NCBI GenBank assembly: GCA_008632985.1
Contig: QPGO01000024.1
Coordinates: 573,848 to 637,847, forward strand
Direction: 5' to 3'
Length of the DNA stretch: 64,000 bases
Origin: Psammoneis japonica
Lineage: Eukaryota
Part shown: positions 14,126-27,117 of the stretch, piece after piece
How the letters are laid out: every line of letters starts with the position of its first letter
Numbering within the stretch: position 1 is the stretch's first letter
The notes under the pieces: model-generated
What the model was told of the DNA's origin: nothing
The model's database searches: none
Seen by the model: only the letters and a program-made list of their open reading frames with translations
Position numbers and translations under genes: made by a program

Positions 14126-15133
14126 GTTTGGGTTGCACAGAGGAATTCAGAACGCCCTTTCCAGTGCCTATTTCTGTACCGAGTTATATATGATGTTGCG
14201 GCGACGGTACAATCAATCGTTTAGAGCTCTGAATTCCAGATCCTTTTTTAAGATTTATCCTCGCATTTTCCGTGCGCCCTTTGCATTAGCTTTGATGGCG
14301 TTTGCCGAGAGTTTAGTTTCGTTCCTCGCACATGTTTCTGGTTGCAGCTTAAGGTGTTTTTTCCTTGGCCGACGCCAGATGCAATGAATAGGAAACTGTG
14401 ATGGATCCAGTTACGGCACTTTGAACTAGACGTCAAATGAGCTTGAATCCAAGTACTTCTCATCTGTGACACTCCGATTCTTTGCGGAAAGAGCTCCTCT
14501 GTATGAGCAGTGTCACTCTCGGTTTCGCACGACATTTGACTAAACGGAAAATTTGACTACGCGTAAACAGTAGACACACTGTATCGTTATCCCAAAGCGC
14601 AAATGACACCAATGCTACTTTTGGTAGCAGTGCCCATCCAACCTCGCTCTTGTGAGGCACAGTCTACGGTACGGTAGCCTGCTGGTACTTGCATGCAGGG
14701 CCCCATGTAGAGTTTGTGTGAGGTGCCTCCACGAACCCGGTTACAGACACCAGAGACCGACCAGAGACCCACCGTAGCATTCGGTTGGCAAAGTTCCGTT
14801 TGAAATAGGGCCCTCTCTACCTCCAGTACGGTAGAGTAGAGGGCCCTCTCTTGAGAGACCCAGCTAGCTACAGTCTAGCTCGCTCTACAGTAGCGCCCTA
14901 TAACCTCTTACCTCCAGAGCGAGAGCGGAGGTTGGAGGCTCTTGGCGTACGATAGACAGACGCAACTTTTTAATTTTGACATATTTTTTTAATTTTGACA
15001 CCCTGACGTACTCGGCCCATCAACAACAGCGACAGCCATCGGCCATGGCTGTACTACAGTAGTTGCTTTGGGTACTTGATACCGGTACGCTACTCCTCTC
15101 CCGTCGTTGATTGAAAAAGTGCAATCGTATCGT

Positions 15134-16531
15134 ATGATGAGGATAGCGGTGGTTCTGAGCATCTTTCTAATATGTTCTTCAACGTTCACCCAAGGAAGTT
15201 GCTCAACGAGCAGTAGATTCTTTCTTCTTCCCAAGTCCTCGCAGATAACGTCCCTAAATCTGCACAATGAGAAAATTCTGGCCAGAAAAGCCTCAGCCGC
15301 CTTTCGAGTACCTCGAGGAGGAAGTAGTATGGTAGTTGAAGCGGCGAGTGGTCTCAAAGACTATATGCGTGGACCAAAAGCTGATACACTCCTTTTGCTC
15401 ACGACGACGGCGTTGAATACTCCAATATGCAAACGTCTTGGAATCTCGCCGATTCTCGGCTTTCTTGCTGCCGGATTACTCTGTGGACCTAACGGCATGA
15501 ACTGGGTAAAGGACGTTCATACCACCGAAATGCTTGCTGACATTGGAATTGTGTTTTTCCTTTTTGAGATGGGAATACATCTTAGTTTCGACACTTTACT
15601 GAAGATGAAACGAGATGTATTTGGTCTCGGGGGCTGCCAGTTTACAATTACTGCACTGGCGGTTGCGTTTATTGCTTCACTATCTGGTATGTCCTCTGCC
15701 GCAGCGATTGTACTCGGTGGAGGACTTGCGCTTTCGAGTTCAGCGTTCGTTTTGCAGCTTCTCAAAGATAAGGACCAAATGGGGACTCAATACGGCAAGT
15801 CTTCCTTTGCCGTGCTCCTGCTCCAGGATCTAATGGTGGTACCGCTACTCGTTACAATACCAATTTTGGGTGGAGACGGAGAAGGGCTAGCGAGCGCCAT
15901 CAGCTCAGCTCTCGTTAGCATCTCTATGGCGTTGGGCATCATTGCTCTCGCTGGAAAATTCTTACTGGCTCCCTTATTCGATCGCGTTGCAGCAGCCGAC
16001 TCTCAGGAGGCTTTTATTGGTGTGAGCGTCCTCACTGTCTTGGCAATGTCCTTTCTAACAGAGGGTCTTGGGTTGTCGAACACGCTTGGTGCATTCTGCG
16101 CCGGGGTTCTGCTTTCTGAATCAAACCAGCGTCACAAGATCGAGACTGAAGCTTCCCCTATTCGTGGAATTCTGGTTGGTTTGTTCTTCTTTACAGTCGG
16201 GTTTGAGATCGACATAAGTCTGATCGCGTCCAAGTTTGGATTGGTTTCGCTCATTGTGGTTGGACTTGTAGCTCTCAAGGCAGCAATTGCCACTGCTGCC
16301 TGTCTGTTGTTTGACCTTGAAATGCCTGTAGCACAACGAGTTGGACTAATTCTCAGCCAAGGGGGAGAATTTGCCTTCGTTGCATTTCGAATGGCTCGGT
16401 CGTTTGGTATTCTTGATGACGATACAACAAGGCTCATGTTGACCTGCGTGAGCCTCACTATGTGTGTAACACCTTTCCTTGAAGAGTTTGGAGGGAGAAT
16501 GGCAGAGAAGCTGGAATCGAAACAACATTGA
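15134..16531 (+). CDS. CPA2-family K+/H+ antiporter (KefB/KEA-like), transmembrane domain only
   Basis: ISPILGFLAAGLLCGP, GIVFFLFEMG, LALSSSAFVLQLL, VLLLQDL, LGAFCAGVLLSE, LSQGGEFAFV; N-terminal signal peptide. Confidence 0.92.
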   Translation: MMRIAVVLSIFLICSSTFTQGSCSTSSRFFLLPKSSQITSLNLHNEKILARKASAAFRVPRGGSSMVVEAASGLKDYMRGPKADTLLLLTTTALNTPICKRLGISPILGFLAAGLLCGPNGMNWVKDVHTTEMLADIGIVFFLFEMGIHLSFDTLLKMKRDVFGLGGCQFTITALAVAFIASLSGMSSAAAIVLGGGLALSSSAFVLQLLKDKDQMGTQYGKSSFAVLLLQDLMVVPLLVTIPILGGDGEGLASAISSALVSISMALGIIALAGKFLLAPLFDRVAAADSQEAFIGVSVLTVLAMSFLTEGLGLSNTLGAFCAGVLLSESNQRHKIETEASPIRGILVGLFFFTVGFEIDISLIASKFGLVSLIVVGLVALKAAIATAACLLFDLEMPVAQRVGLILSQGGEFAFVAFRMARSFGILDDDTTRLMLTCVSLTMCVTPFLEEFGGRMAEKLESKQH

Positions 16532-17278
16532 CCAAAGGCGCACTACATAGCTACACTAATATATGATAGAGAGACTTCGAGATAGTAAATTATCCTTCTA
16601 CTGTAAAGCACTGTCTCTGGTCTACAGTACGCTGGTCTCCACGACGTTGAACATGTTGACAAAAAGTTTCACCTCTATCGCTAGAGAGTGATAGCTCTAT
16701 CTACTAGAGAGTAAGCCCCTAGCTAGTAGAGAGAGTCTCCCTCTACTACTACTAGCTAGCTTAGAGAGTAAAGTAAGTAGAGAGAGGTAAAGACGACGGA
16801 CCATAGTCTACACGCAGAAGAGGAACTTTTGAGTGCGGAACTGCGAGCACCGTCGTGCGCTAGGCCTAGCGATAGAGCGGACAGCGGACAGCGGACAGCC
16901 TGGAGATGCTTGCATGCTTGCTTCGCTTGGCATGGCAATTATGGCCGCTCTTACGATTGAAGAGTCGCTGTCAAACGTGATCACGCTTTCTTAATTGGCT
17001 GTGTCATGTCTCCGCCACTGATAATTGCATCTGCTGTTGCCGCTTTGGGAACGATATTCCCCGCCAAAGGCAACAAGAATGTTTCATCATCAGGAAAAGA
17101 AGTTGGTGGCGGTGACATCATCTTTTTCTGTTCCGGAGTTGGTGAGAGAGAGAGAATTCGTTGCTTGATATTCTTTCCTGACACATTTTTTTTTATAATC
17201 CGATGGTTCTTTCGATTATTTTTTGTTTAAAATGTTAAAGTGGTCGGTGTCGGCGTGAGTTGGTTGATCTCAGTGGAG

Positions 17279-17991
17279 ATGCAACGAACTCGCATTCACC
17301 AGCGCGTTCGACTGTGGCTGGCTTCGTTTACTGATTCTTCCTCCGAGAACAACGGATCTTTGTCTGACTTGGCCAAAAGAGCCCTTTATATTTCAGAGCT
17401 ACCGGTTTTATCAATGGGAGAGGAGGACGACTCGTCAAAGCTTTGTACGATCGTTTCGCCCAAGTCTTCTCTTTCGTCCAGCTTGCATGTTTCTGTGTTA
17501 ACTCTCAAGCCTGGCATTCAAATGGTGCACCGGAAAGCAGAAGGAGAAGAGCTTTACTACGTAATATCAGGAGCAGGCACATTATGTTTAGTCGATAAAG
17601 ATGTCCAAGAGGGCGAAAAAGCTGTCGCCATATCCAAAGGACAGGTCATGGTGGTCATGCCGTCACGGTATGTGTCTGTGTTGGTAGTGACCTGGACCCC
17701 TGGTTCTTTCTTGCTTATTCAGTTTCTCACTCCTATCTCCATTGATTCTTTTTCGTGTATCTTAAATGGATCAGTATAAGACGGATGGCTAACCGAGGGC
17801 TACAAGAGTTGGTGTTTATGAGAATCACAGACGGAGGTTGGAGGTACCTGAGAAATGATTATGACCTCGTTGGCGTGGATGACGAGTTATCAAGTGCAAC
17901 GCTTAGACTATTTCAAGCTGGCGCGCACTATCTTAGTCATACAATTCGGGGCAGTTTCGCGGCAGAGTCTCCTTCTGGTGGCGTCCCTTGA
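17279..17991 (+). CDS. Cupin-domain protein; intron 17668-17774
   Basis: HRKAEGEELYYVISGAG ... GQVMVVMPSR|IRRMANRGLQELVF is restored in frame by a GT-AG intron. Confidence 0.7.
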
Positions 17992-19119
17992 CGGAGTGGA
18001 GAAGGTATCGTTTATGCTCCTTGCGAGGAAAGTCATTCTGCTACCCAGTGAGGAAAGAATACCCGGTTGCGCTCTGCTGTACCATGCGGCATTTGTCACT
18101 TTTATTTGTGTTTTTATGGGACATTACATACATTGTTGCTGCCCATTACTTCTTCGGGAAGACTACGGTGACGACAGGTGTAGAGTGCCTCCACAGTATA
18201 TGCATTCGTATACAGACTACAGCTTGTACAAATGCTAGTACGCTCAACATGCTCCCCATCCTGTACCCATCCTCTAGTAGAAAAGCAGAAAGTAGTCGGA
18301 AGTTTCTTTCGTCCGCTGAGGAGGCCGATGGTTTCCTGTCATTGGTGGAACCATCAATCGCATCCAGAGCAAGCTCCATTCATGTCCGTGCATGCCCAAG
18401 TTTCACCACTCTTTCTTCCGTTCTTTCCTTTGACGAGCACCATCTTCTTTTTCAGCCTGTGCTGTCCTTTTCTTCCACAATACAAGCCGGGAGACCCGCA
18501 GCTGTGCATTTCCGCCTGTGTGCTGCTTGCGAGAGAAACGCTGGCAAACATGTCTTGAAGGCTGAAGAGAACGACAGCACCAAGAACTCAGCACAGAGGG
18601 AAAGTCACTACATCGACGCTTTCTTCAGAGCGTCTACCAGGATACAAACATGTGTTAGTGCCTGAACTTGTCTTCAGCTTCGTTCGGCAATCCTTGAGCA
18701 AACGTTTGTTTATACTATATGTCCTCTACGAGAGTTTCTCCGACTACCATGAACCATGATTACGCTGCACGTGTTTGTTTTTTCAAGCTATTCGTTTATG
18801 GGTTACTTACACTTTCAAGTTGAGCAACAACATGAAATACCCTATCAGCGTGCCCACTCTTTGTGCTGGCTAACCAGCAATTCAAGTGACGCGCAAAATA
18901 TATGCGTCAGGATTGCGATGAAGTGTTTTCAACTTTTCCCGACCTTTCGTGAACTTCGACGTGTCCTCTTGCTGCAGCAATAAGTCCGTTCTTCAAATGG
19001 TGGCTTAGCATATATCGTTGAGATATCGTTGCGATAAAACATGAAAGGATGTGCTTTTCGAATTTAATGCTCTCTAGGAAATGTACGAATGCGAGACCAA
19101 TCTCACCCTTTTAGGCTAG

Positions 19120-22100
19120 AGCATTGGCCAAGGCGCGACAAAATGACTCGAAAACTCATCCAGGTGTCGCTCCTGCTCGAATTCTGTCTTGCATTCAAGA
19201 CGGCACGCAAAAGAGAGCCCAGGCTGTGACCAATTCTGAGCTTCTGGCGATGCTTTGCACAATCCTGCCCTCAAGGGCAGGTGATGCAAAGCTTCCCACA
19301 GAACTTGGAGTTGCACCATGATGGCCATTGAAAACTGACCTTTTTTGCAATGAAACAGACTTTTCAAACCTGGCCCATGTTTGAAATGTCTCATGCATGC
19401 TGACAAAAGCAAAATGATCATTTGGAAGCTTCAGAAGTGCTTTGGGCAGCAAAGCCAGGGAGTCCTCAGCTCTTTGTGGGACCTGGGGGGCATTTGCTGA
19501 CACCTCCAATTTAGGATCATCTGACAGGTGCTTGCCTTTGCATTTCATGATGATCTTGCCCCAATCAGCTCTGGACATGAAGCTGCCAATGGATGTGTGT
19601 TCACAATTCCAAGCACATGATTGGACACAAGGAGATGACAGCAAAGGGGCTTGTCTTGCACCACCTGGCTGTGGTCAGGCAACAAGTGAGGTGTGTGCTG
19701 GCACCACCTGTGTTGTGATGGCTCATCTCTCTGGATCAGTCAAGATGTTGACACTTCATGGCTCAGACTTTGGAATTTGCAGATGCTGGGTTGCAGCATC
19801 TGTGTCTGAAAGAAAACAACAACAACAAAAGCTGCTTGTGCTGGCTGATGGCTGCCCATCCAGTGCATCTGCAGCAGAAATGTGCCAGCACACTTGTGGT
19901 GTGCTGGGAGCAGCAATGGAGAACACACCTTCAGCAGCTCCATGTAAAAAATTCACATTTGTGTGCCCTTGATCAGCTTCTTGTGAGAACATCCAAAGAT
20001 CAAAACACCAACAAACGTGTTTTTCTGCAGTGGCCCAAGGGTGCAAAATTCCACATGGTTGAATGTGAGCGGTGCTCCAAAATCAAGACTGCTGTTTTTC
20101 CCATTTTCAACCTGTTGCAGAATTTTGATTGGGCCAAAGGTTTGTCATTCCTTCAACCCATTCTTTTTCAGCTTTTGGCTCCTTTTGCAATCTCTGTGAT
20201 CAAGAAAATGAAAGTCTTGCAGCAAAACCTCTCCAGGTGCAGATGCCATGAGTTGCCCACCCAGCTGCAAAGCTGGTGCTTTGCTGCATCTTTGCTTTGA
20301 TGTGTTTCAGGAGATGCCAGCCACACTGTTGAACATGTGCCAATGATGGATCCTGGCTGCTCACCATCATTGGTGGCATTTTCTCCCACCCTCTTGACTT
20401 GCTGCAATCAGCTCATGATGGCACTTCCTTTTCACCTCAAAATGTCTGAAAAACTTCTTGTTGTTTCTCACAAAATGCATGCTGTGTTTGCAGGCTGCAA
20501 CAATGAATGACTTGCACAGGAGAGCTCACTTTGCCACTGTCCAAAATGGTGGTTGCTGTGCTTTCTGCCAAAAATGCTGTTTCCTGGAACAAAGGGAGAA
20601 AGACAAAAGAAAGAAATGACCAACCCAACAACCTCACATGATTTGTGTGGACCATTGAGTGTTGCCTGGCTGGAAACAACCACAGCCAGAGCTTGCAAAT
20701 CTGGGCACTTGCAGCTCCCTCCATCTGAGCAGCAGCCATTTTGTCACAAACCAGCAGCAACCAATGCCACAAACCTGTCAACCAGATTGGCCTGCAGCGG
20801 CTTTTCTGCAGCTTTGAAATTTTGAAATGTCATGGCGGCTGGTCTCTCTGGCAACTCTCCTGTGAAAAATGCAGGCAGGTGCCTCCTGAGCAAAAAAAGC
20901 ATGGGTGCCTCCAGAAAAAGGAACTGCCTGGCTTGGCTCAGTTGATGCCACTGGCTGCCAACTGAGCCAGCTCTAAAAAATGACTGTTGCAAAGCAAAGC
21001 AAAGCTGGACCATGTCTTTGCCACACATGCTGGTCACCTGCCCAGCAATTCTTGAGATTTTTTCTGTTTCTGCACCCAGCTGCAGTGGCAAAGTAAGGTG
21101 CCCTTGTTCAAATGCCAAAGCATGGTCAAGATCAGAGGAAAGGAAGAAAATCTCTTTGCAAGTCATCAAAATTTCAACATCTTTGCAATTTTCACAGCTG
21201 CCTTTTTGTGCCACACAGATGGCAGTGTGGTTTGTCAATGGTTTTTGATGATGATGGGGTTTTGATGTCAATGGGGCCAGCAGCATTGTCAAATCAAATG
21301 TTGCAATGAAAAGGCAAGGGTGGGTTTCTGTGCATTGTTTTTTGAAGCAGCTGAAAAAATTGTGGTGCCAGCATGTCATCTTTTCAAACAAACAAAAAAC
21401 AATGACAAAAACAAATCCCCAAAAAATCCAAACATGGTGCTCACAACAACAAACAGTTGGGGTGGTCTGGACTGTCAAAAATGGTTTCACACTCATTGTT
21501 GGGGCTTCAAAACAAGGAGAGACCAAACAAGCTTGTTGTGCCAACAGCATGCAGTGCAAACAGCTGCATTGGATCAAACAGAAAGCACTCCATCAAAAGA
21601 GCTGCACTGAGGTTGCGAAAGGAGTGAGTCAACGCAATTGTGGCATGCTTGCAAGAAGTCAAGGTCAGTGCAGTTTGACAAGAAGTGGTGTGAGTTTGGT
21701 CAAGATGTGTGGTCATGACCAGCAGCTTGTGCTTGTCACCAGCACAGCAGGCTGCCCTCATGCAAAGTTTGCCGGAGCTGCCATTTGTTGCCAAGCAGGC
21801 AAGTGCACAAGCTCTGAGCCAGCAACAGGCAGCTTGAGACTGCCCTTCTTTCCAAATGTCAAGAAAACTCTGGAAGTGTTTTTCCTGTTCTCAAAAACAC
21901 CTGGAAATGCCCTTGCCTGCAGCAACAAAGCACCAAGTTTTTGCAGCCCCATTTGTAGAATGCACATGCACACACACCTGGGGCACAGATGTGTTGCAGA
22001 GTTGAACAGGAGCTGCAACAGGCCACCAAGCTGATGGAGTTTGTCCAACAGCTGCAATCAGAAACATGCCAGCCTCTCATTTTGGCTGTTGACCTCAGTG

Positions 22101-25100
22101 GCTGTCTCTCCTTTGCTGGCTTTGTGCCACAAAGGAGTTGGAAAAAGCACCTGCAGATGCTTGCACAAGCAGCGCCGGCACTTTTCTTCCACTCTTTTTG
22201 TTGTCAAGGGGGGGAGGGGGAAGCTGGTGGGATGCACACTGCACAACTGGTCAAACCTTGCTTGCGTCCAAGCTGCTGGGCAGTGCAATCATGAGCAGTT
22301 GCTGGCCATTCAGAGCTTGTTTGACAAGCACAAAGTGGCATCAGCAGCATTGGCAAACTTGTTTCTGCAGCATTGTCAACAGAGATTTGTTGGATGAGCA
22401 AGCTTCCATGAAACTGGAAATCTTGTGTGACAAGCCTTTTTGACAGAAGCTTTTGCTGCTGGGGCCCATCGTTTTCAACACACTGCTGGGAGACAAAGTC
22501 TGGACAGCTGTCTTGTGTGCATGCCAGCTCATTTGCAGGTGCTGGCTCAAAGCCCTGACACCCAGCTTGGATGTGGGAAACACAGGTGGCACATCTGCCA
22601 CAGTTCTGGCTGAGCCATCTCTGCTCTGGTGCTGACATTTGGGCAGCTCCCAATGACCAAGTGTGTGCAACAGTCTCCTCATGCCCTGGAAGCACACTCA
22701 ACTGTGCTCAGCAGCATGAAACATGAAAAGAGCATCAAAACACCAACAAATGCTGTCTTTTTTGAAAAGTCAGAGTGTTGCAGGAACAGATGGGTGCTGC
22801 CTGTTGATCCATGTGTGCTGGCTGAGCACACTGTTGGTTGTCAAAGGAACTGCTTGCCTTCTGTTTTTCCTTTGGCTGTTCTTCCAGAAAATGCAGCAAA
22901 AAGAAGAGATGGCATCAGTCTGTGGCTTTGGAGTTGCAGGTTGGATTTCAAGAGAAGGCATCTGCTGCACCAGCAGAGCCACCTCCACTCTGCAGCTCAT
23001 GCTCAGATTGTCCCCAACAACAAGCAATGGAGCACACATGGCAGCCTTGCCCCTTTGGTCCTTGCAGTGCTCTCAACTGCAGCCTGCATTTTGTTGTGTG
23101 TGCCCAAACAACTGCACACCCAAAAATGACAAACAAACTGGCAGGCTGGTGGCACACAAACTGTTGATCTTTGGCAGATGGACAGATCAACCTCTAGAGG
23201 TCCCCCCACATGGCCACACATTTGCAAGGGTCCAAAAGCCCAAGTTGAAGTGTGCACCAAAAGTGCCAGGCCCCTGCAGTGCACAGGCAGTTGCTTTGTT
23301 TTCAAGCTGCCACAAAGTGCCACAAAAACATTTTTCTCAGCTTTTGAAGCACCTCATCAGATGCCATTCACAGGGTCATGTGCAGCCCCTGCACAGCACA
23401 ATCTTTGGATGGAATGAAAGGGGAAAAAGCATGGCCAGCTCTGAAACAAAACACAAAGATTGTGGCCAGCCATGGCAACAAAGCAGGGCAGGGGAGATGG
23501 CTGCACCAGCTCCGAACATCAAGCACTGCTGCTGCAGGTTTTGCAGCCCATGCTGATGGCATCACATTTGCCAATGCCATTGAGCAACTCCCTGGAGAGG
23601 TCAAAGGCCAGCTTGTTTGGAAAGGAGTTTGCAAGCTGCAGCTTGTTATGGTCATTCTGGCTGACATGCAAAAAGTGGTGGCAGGACATCTCAGCTTCAC
23701 CGTTGTCAAAATTTAAAAAAAAAACCTTGAGTGCCAAGAACAAGCAAGGTGGTGTGCTGTTTGTTCAATCCATTGTTGCCAACATGATGCCATCTCAACA
23801 AAGATGGCAAGAGGTGGCTGGGATTTCCTTCAAGAATTCTTTCAGCTGTCCTGCTCTGGTCTGCCATGCTGTTAACTTGGGAGGGGGAGAAACTCAAAGA
23901 AATGCAAAACATGTTGGGAGCAAATTGAATTTGATGAAGCAAAAGGGGGTGGCAAGAGAGGCAGTGCTCACACTTTGCACCAAGCAAAAGTGTTTGGCTT
24001 GCAACTCACAGGAGCTCTAAAAACATTCACTGCTGGAGCAGCCACCTCTTTGAATGATTTTATCACACCCAGCTAAATGTTTTTGCTTGGTTGAGCACAA
24101 GAGCATGGCTCTCCCAGCAAATTACAATCAAAATGAATGAGGTGCCTTCCCTTTCATCAAATTTAATTTGCTGCTGACACACCTTGTGTTTCTCCAAGTT
24201 TCTGTCCAGAAGCCAACCACAGTGTTTGGACAGAAGCCAATGCATGAAATCCACAAAAAGCCCATGCCTTGAGACATTGTTTGTGTTGTTGGTGTGTGTT
24301 GGTGTGACCTTTTTGGTGGTGACAGTCAAATGAAACCTTGCTTGTTGGCAGAGAAGGCACATTTCATCTGAAATTTGACAATGCAAATTGAGGCCTCCTG
24401 CTGCCTGTTTTTCAAGCCATTTGTCAGGGCCACAATGAGCCTCATCTTGCTGAATTGCAGAATCCAAAAATGCCAAATGAGTTGGCCCTTGGCCTTTGAT
24501 TTGACCCATGTGTCAGTGTGACAAGGATTGAATGTGATGCCATCACTTCAGAATGTGAAATCCACAGTTGTGTTTGTTGTTTGGAGCTGGTGTTGCTGTT
24601 GTCTCCCATGTTTCATGGTGGTGATTCATTTGAAAACAAGTGCTGCACAGGTTGCCTTCATGTGGCAGAAGAAAAGGGGCTGTCAAAGCTTTGTGTGTGC
24701 ACTTGGCTCTTGCCCCAGAATTCTCCTTCTTCTGCTGTGCAATGATGTTTTTTGTTGAGGTTCTCAAATAAATTGGTGCAATGAAATGCTGAGAGAGGCA
24801 GTGGCACTCAACCACGTGACATCGGGGTGGGCACAGCATGCCGAGTCGACAGTGAGGCCAAAGATGGCAGAAATGCATTCTGTCCGTACATCCAAAATTA
24901 AGATTTTGTTGACTACTTCACTTTGATTGTGTTGCATGCCTTGGGTTAGAAAAGTTGCTGTGCATGAGAACGTGTCGGTCGTCAGTGCGCAGATTCGACT
25001 GCAAACGTTGGAGTGACAATGTGCTGCAACTCCACCGCGTCGTGTGGTGGACAACCAAGCACTGTTGGTGCGACTTGAGAGAATGCGAACGATTGACGAG

Positions 25101-25140
25101 GCATGCACCTGTGTCTACCATGCATGTTGATGTTGCAAAA
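19120..25140. mobile_element. TpA/CpG-depleted block; decayed repeat or transposon-derived DNA of unidentified family
   Basis: Same dinucleotide signature as the recognisable retroelement remnants; no intact ORF; family not recognised. Confidence 0.5.
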
Positions 25141-25258
25141 AAATAGTTTGTTTTACACATCATGCTGTTTGTGAGTGGGTAGTAGGTACAGTATTTATAT
25201 ATGATATGGAATAGTTGTTCTTTTGATAAAAAAAATAATGCCATCAGCCATCACCCCA

Positions 25259-27117
25259 TTAGCTGAAGCCTGTTTCGCTTCGCGGCGGATCTTCCTCAAA
25301 TACTGCTTCGAAAGATTTCAGCAATGACCTTCGAGACGTGTCCTTCTGCGAGTCTTCTTCGTCCTGTCGTGCGGCGGAACTCGAGGAGCTAGTGCCCGCG
25401 TCCCTCGGAACGGAGAAGCTATCCTCTTGGCGAGAAAAGTCATCATCATGCTCAGAAAGGAACACCCGATTAGGCACCACTGTGCGGTATTTGCGCCGGT
25501 CCTCGTGATTGTCACTAGTCTTGGTCGTGTTCTGGGAGCTGTCATTCGTTGTATCCGGAGGACGACTGCAACTGCTGCTGAAGTCCACAGTAACGTAATG
25601 CTCACTTATCGCGGATGGCGCTCTGGAGATAGGACTCGCATGCAGACTGTTGCTGGATTCTGTACTAGGGAACTGACTCACCGGGGTGCAGCTTCTCTTG
25701 ATTGGACTGGCATTGTGATGAAGACTGTTGTTGGAATCGGTGCGCGAAGATCGACTGAAGGGTGTTCCGAAGCGACACTCGTATTATGAAGACTATTGCT
25801 TGACCCTGTCCTGGGAAATCGATTATGAGGAGTACCGCACCGCTTGACGGGCGATGCTGACTCGAGAAAGGGTGTACCATCGTTCTGCTTGAGTATGCGT
25901 CCCGCCTCGCTTCCTGCTCTGGCTGCAATAGGAGAGAGCGCAAGCGAAGCGAGGTTTGGGAGATTGTTCTCCTTATCGGTCGACTTAGGAGGCTTAACGT
26001 GCCTTCCTGCATATGTCGGACTGCTTCCTTTAGGAGAGAAGAAGGGTCTACGCCCTGGAGTACTGCGTCGCGGTGTAGCTGAGGCATCGCGAAATCTCCG
26101 AGAAGGCGTTCGCACAATGGGCGGAATGAGGTCACGTATATCTGCGTTGCTGTCAACAGTTTCAGCCTCGCCTGATTCTTGTGAATTACGTTGAAAGGAG
26201 CTGTCGGGTGACGCAGATGGAGTGAAGTCGTCTTGGTCGAAAGAAGCAATCTGAGAGATGTCGCCAACAAAGGAAACAAAACTGGAGTCCTGTATTTGTG
26301 ATGTTTGTGCCGAGACGAACCCCATCGCGGCTCTGTATATATGCATCATTCCAGATTGTAGAGACGACTGCTCAGATACACCGGTATTACAGTCTGAGGA
26401 GTGTGAAACTTCTTCCAAATTGCAGGGAAACAACGGATGTCGTTCAGTGGTTCGTAGAGTGACGCCCGGCTTGCGTTGCCTGTTCTGCTCGGGAGTCGCA
26501 AGGTGTTGTACCCGACTTGAGTTGAAGTAATCGCTGGCGTTTAAGTCCGTCACAATTTCGATCGACTCGTTTCCATCAGCTTGAACTGTAAAGACTGGTG
26601 CCGCGTATGATATGCCCACACCGACGGAAGAAGCATCGTTGGACTGAGCTGTCGACCATGACGCCACAGACACATTCCCATCCATGAGACAATCCCATTC
26701 ATCATCCACTTCATGTCGAGATGACGGCGGCTTGGATTCGTTGTTTTCCCTTGTCCCGTCGATACCGTGACGTGCAATGTGCCTGAGGTGATCCGTAAGG
26801 GCAGCACGTGCTCCGATTGACATGTCGAGCGACGAACTGGGAAGAGACGACGACTGCGAGCAGACGGACCGATCGAGCATAATCTCAGAGACATCGCGTT
26901 CAGATGACGAAGACGATTTGTCGTGCCCGTTCTGCTGCGGTCGCGGCGGATACTTCTGGGAAGAGCAGCTTCCTATTCTCGGTGTTGCTTCGGAGTCACT
27001 GAAGAACGCTTCCAAACCAGGAAAGTTATCGTGGGCTCCGTCTGAGAACGGATCCGTTGCTCTTCGACGCAACGTGGGACGAGGCAGCCGCCTTGGTGTT
27101 TCCGGTGCCATTGTCAT
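25259..27117 (-). CDS. Ser/Pro-rich low-complexity protein, frameshifted near 25775
   Basis: The 479-aa ORF and a downstream frame share a repeated peptide SPxKR..TP...FP.T.S.NSLH; normal dinucleotide composition. Confidence 0.65.

Noticed and set aside
14966..15000. 15-bp direct repeat tttttaattttgaca x2
   Set aside because: Simple local duplication with no further support for a function
17988..19000. ORFs 17988-18665 (+) and 18146-18594 (-)
   Set aside because: No recognisable domain and no consistent splice structure; possibly gene debris
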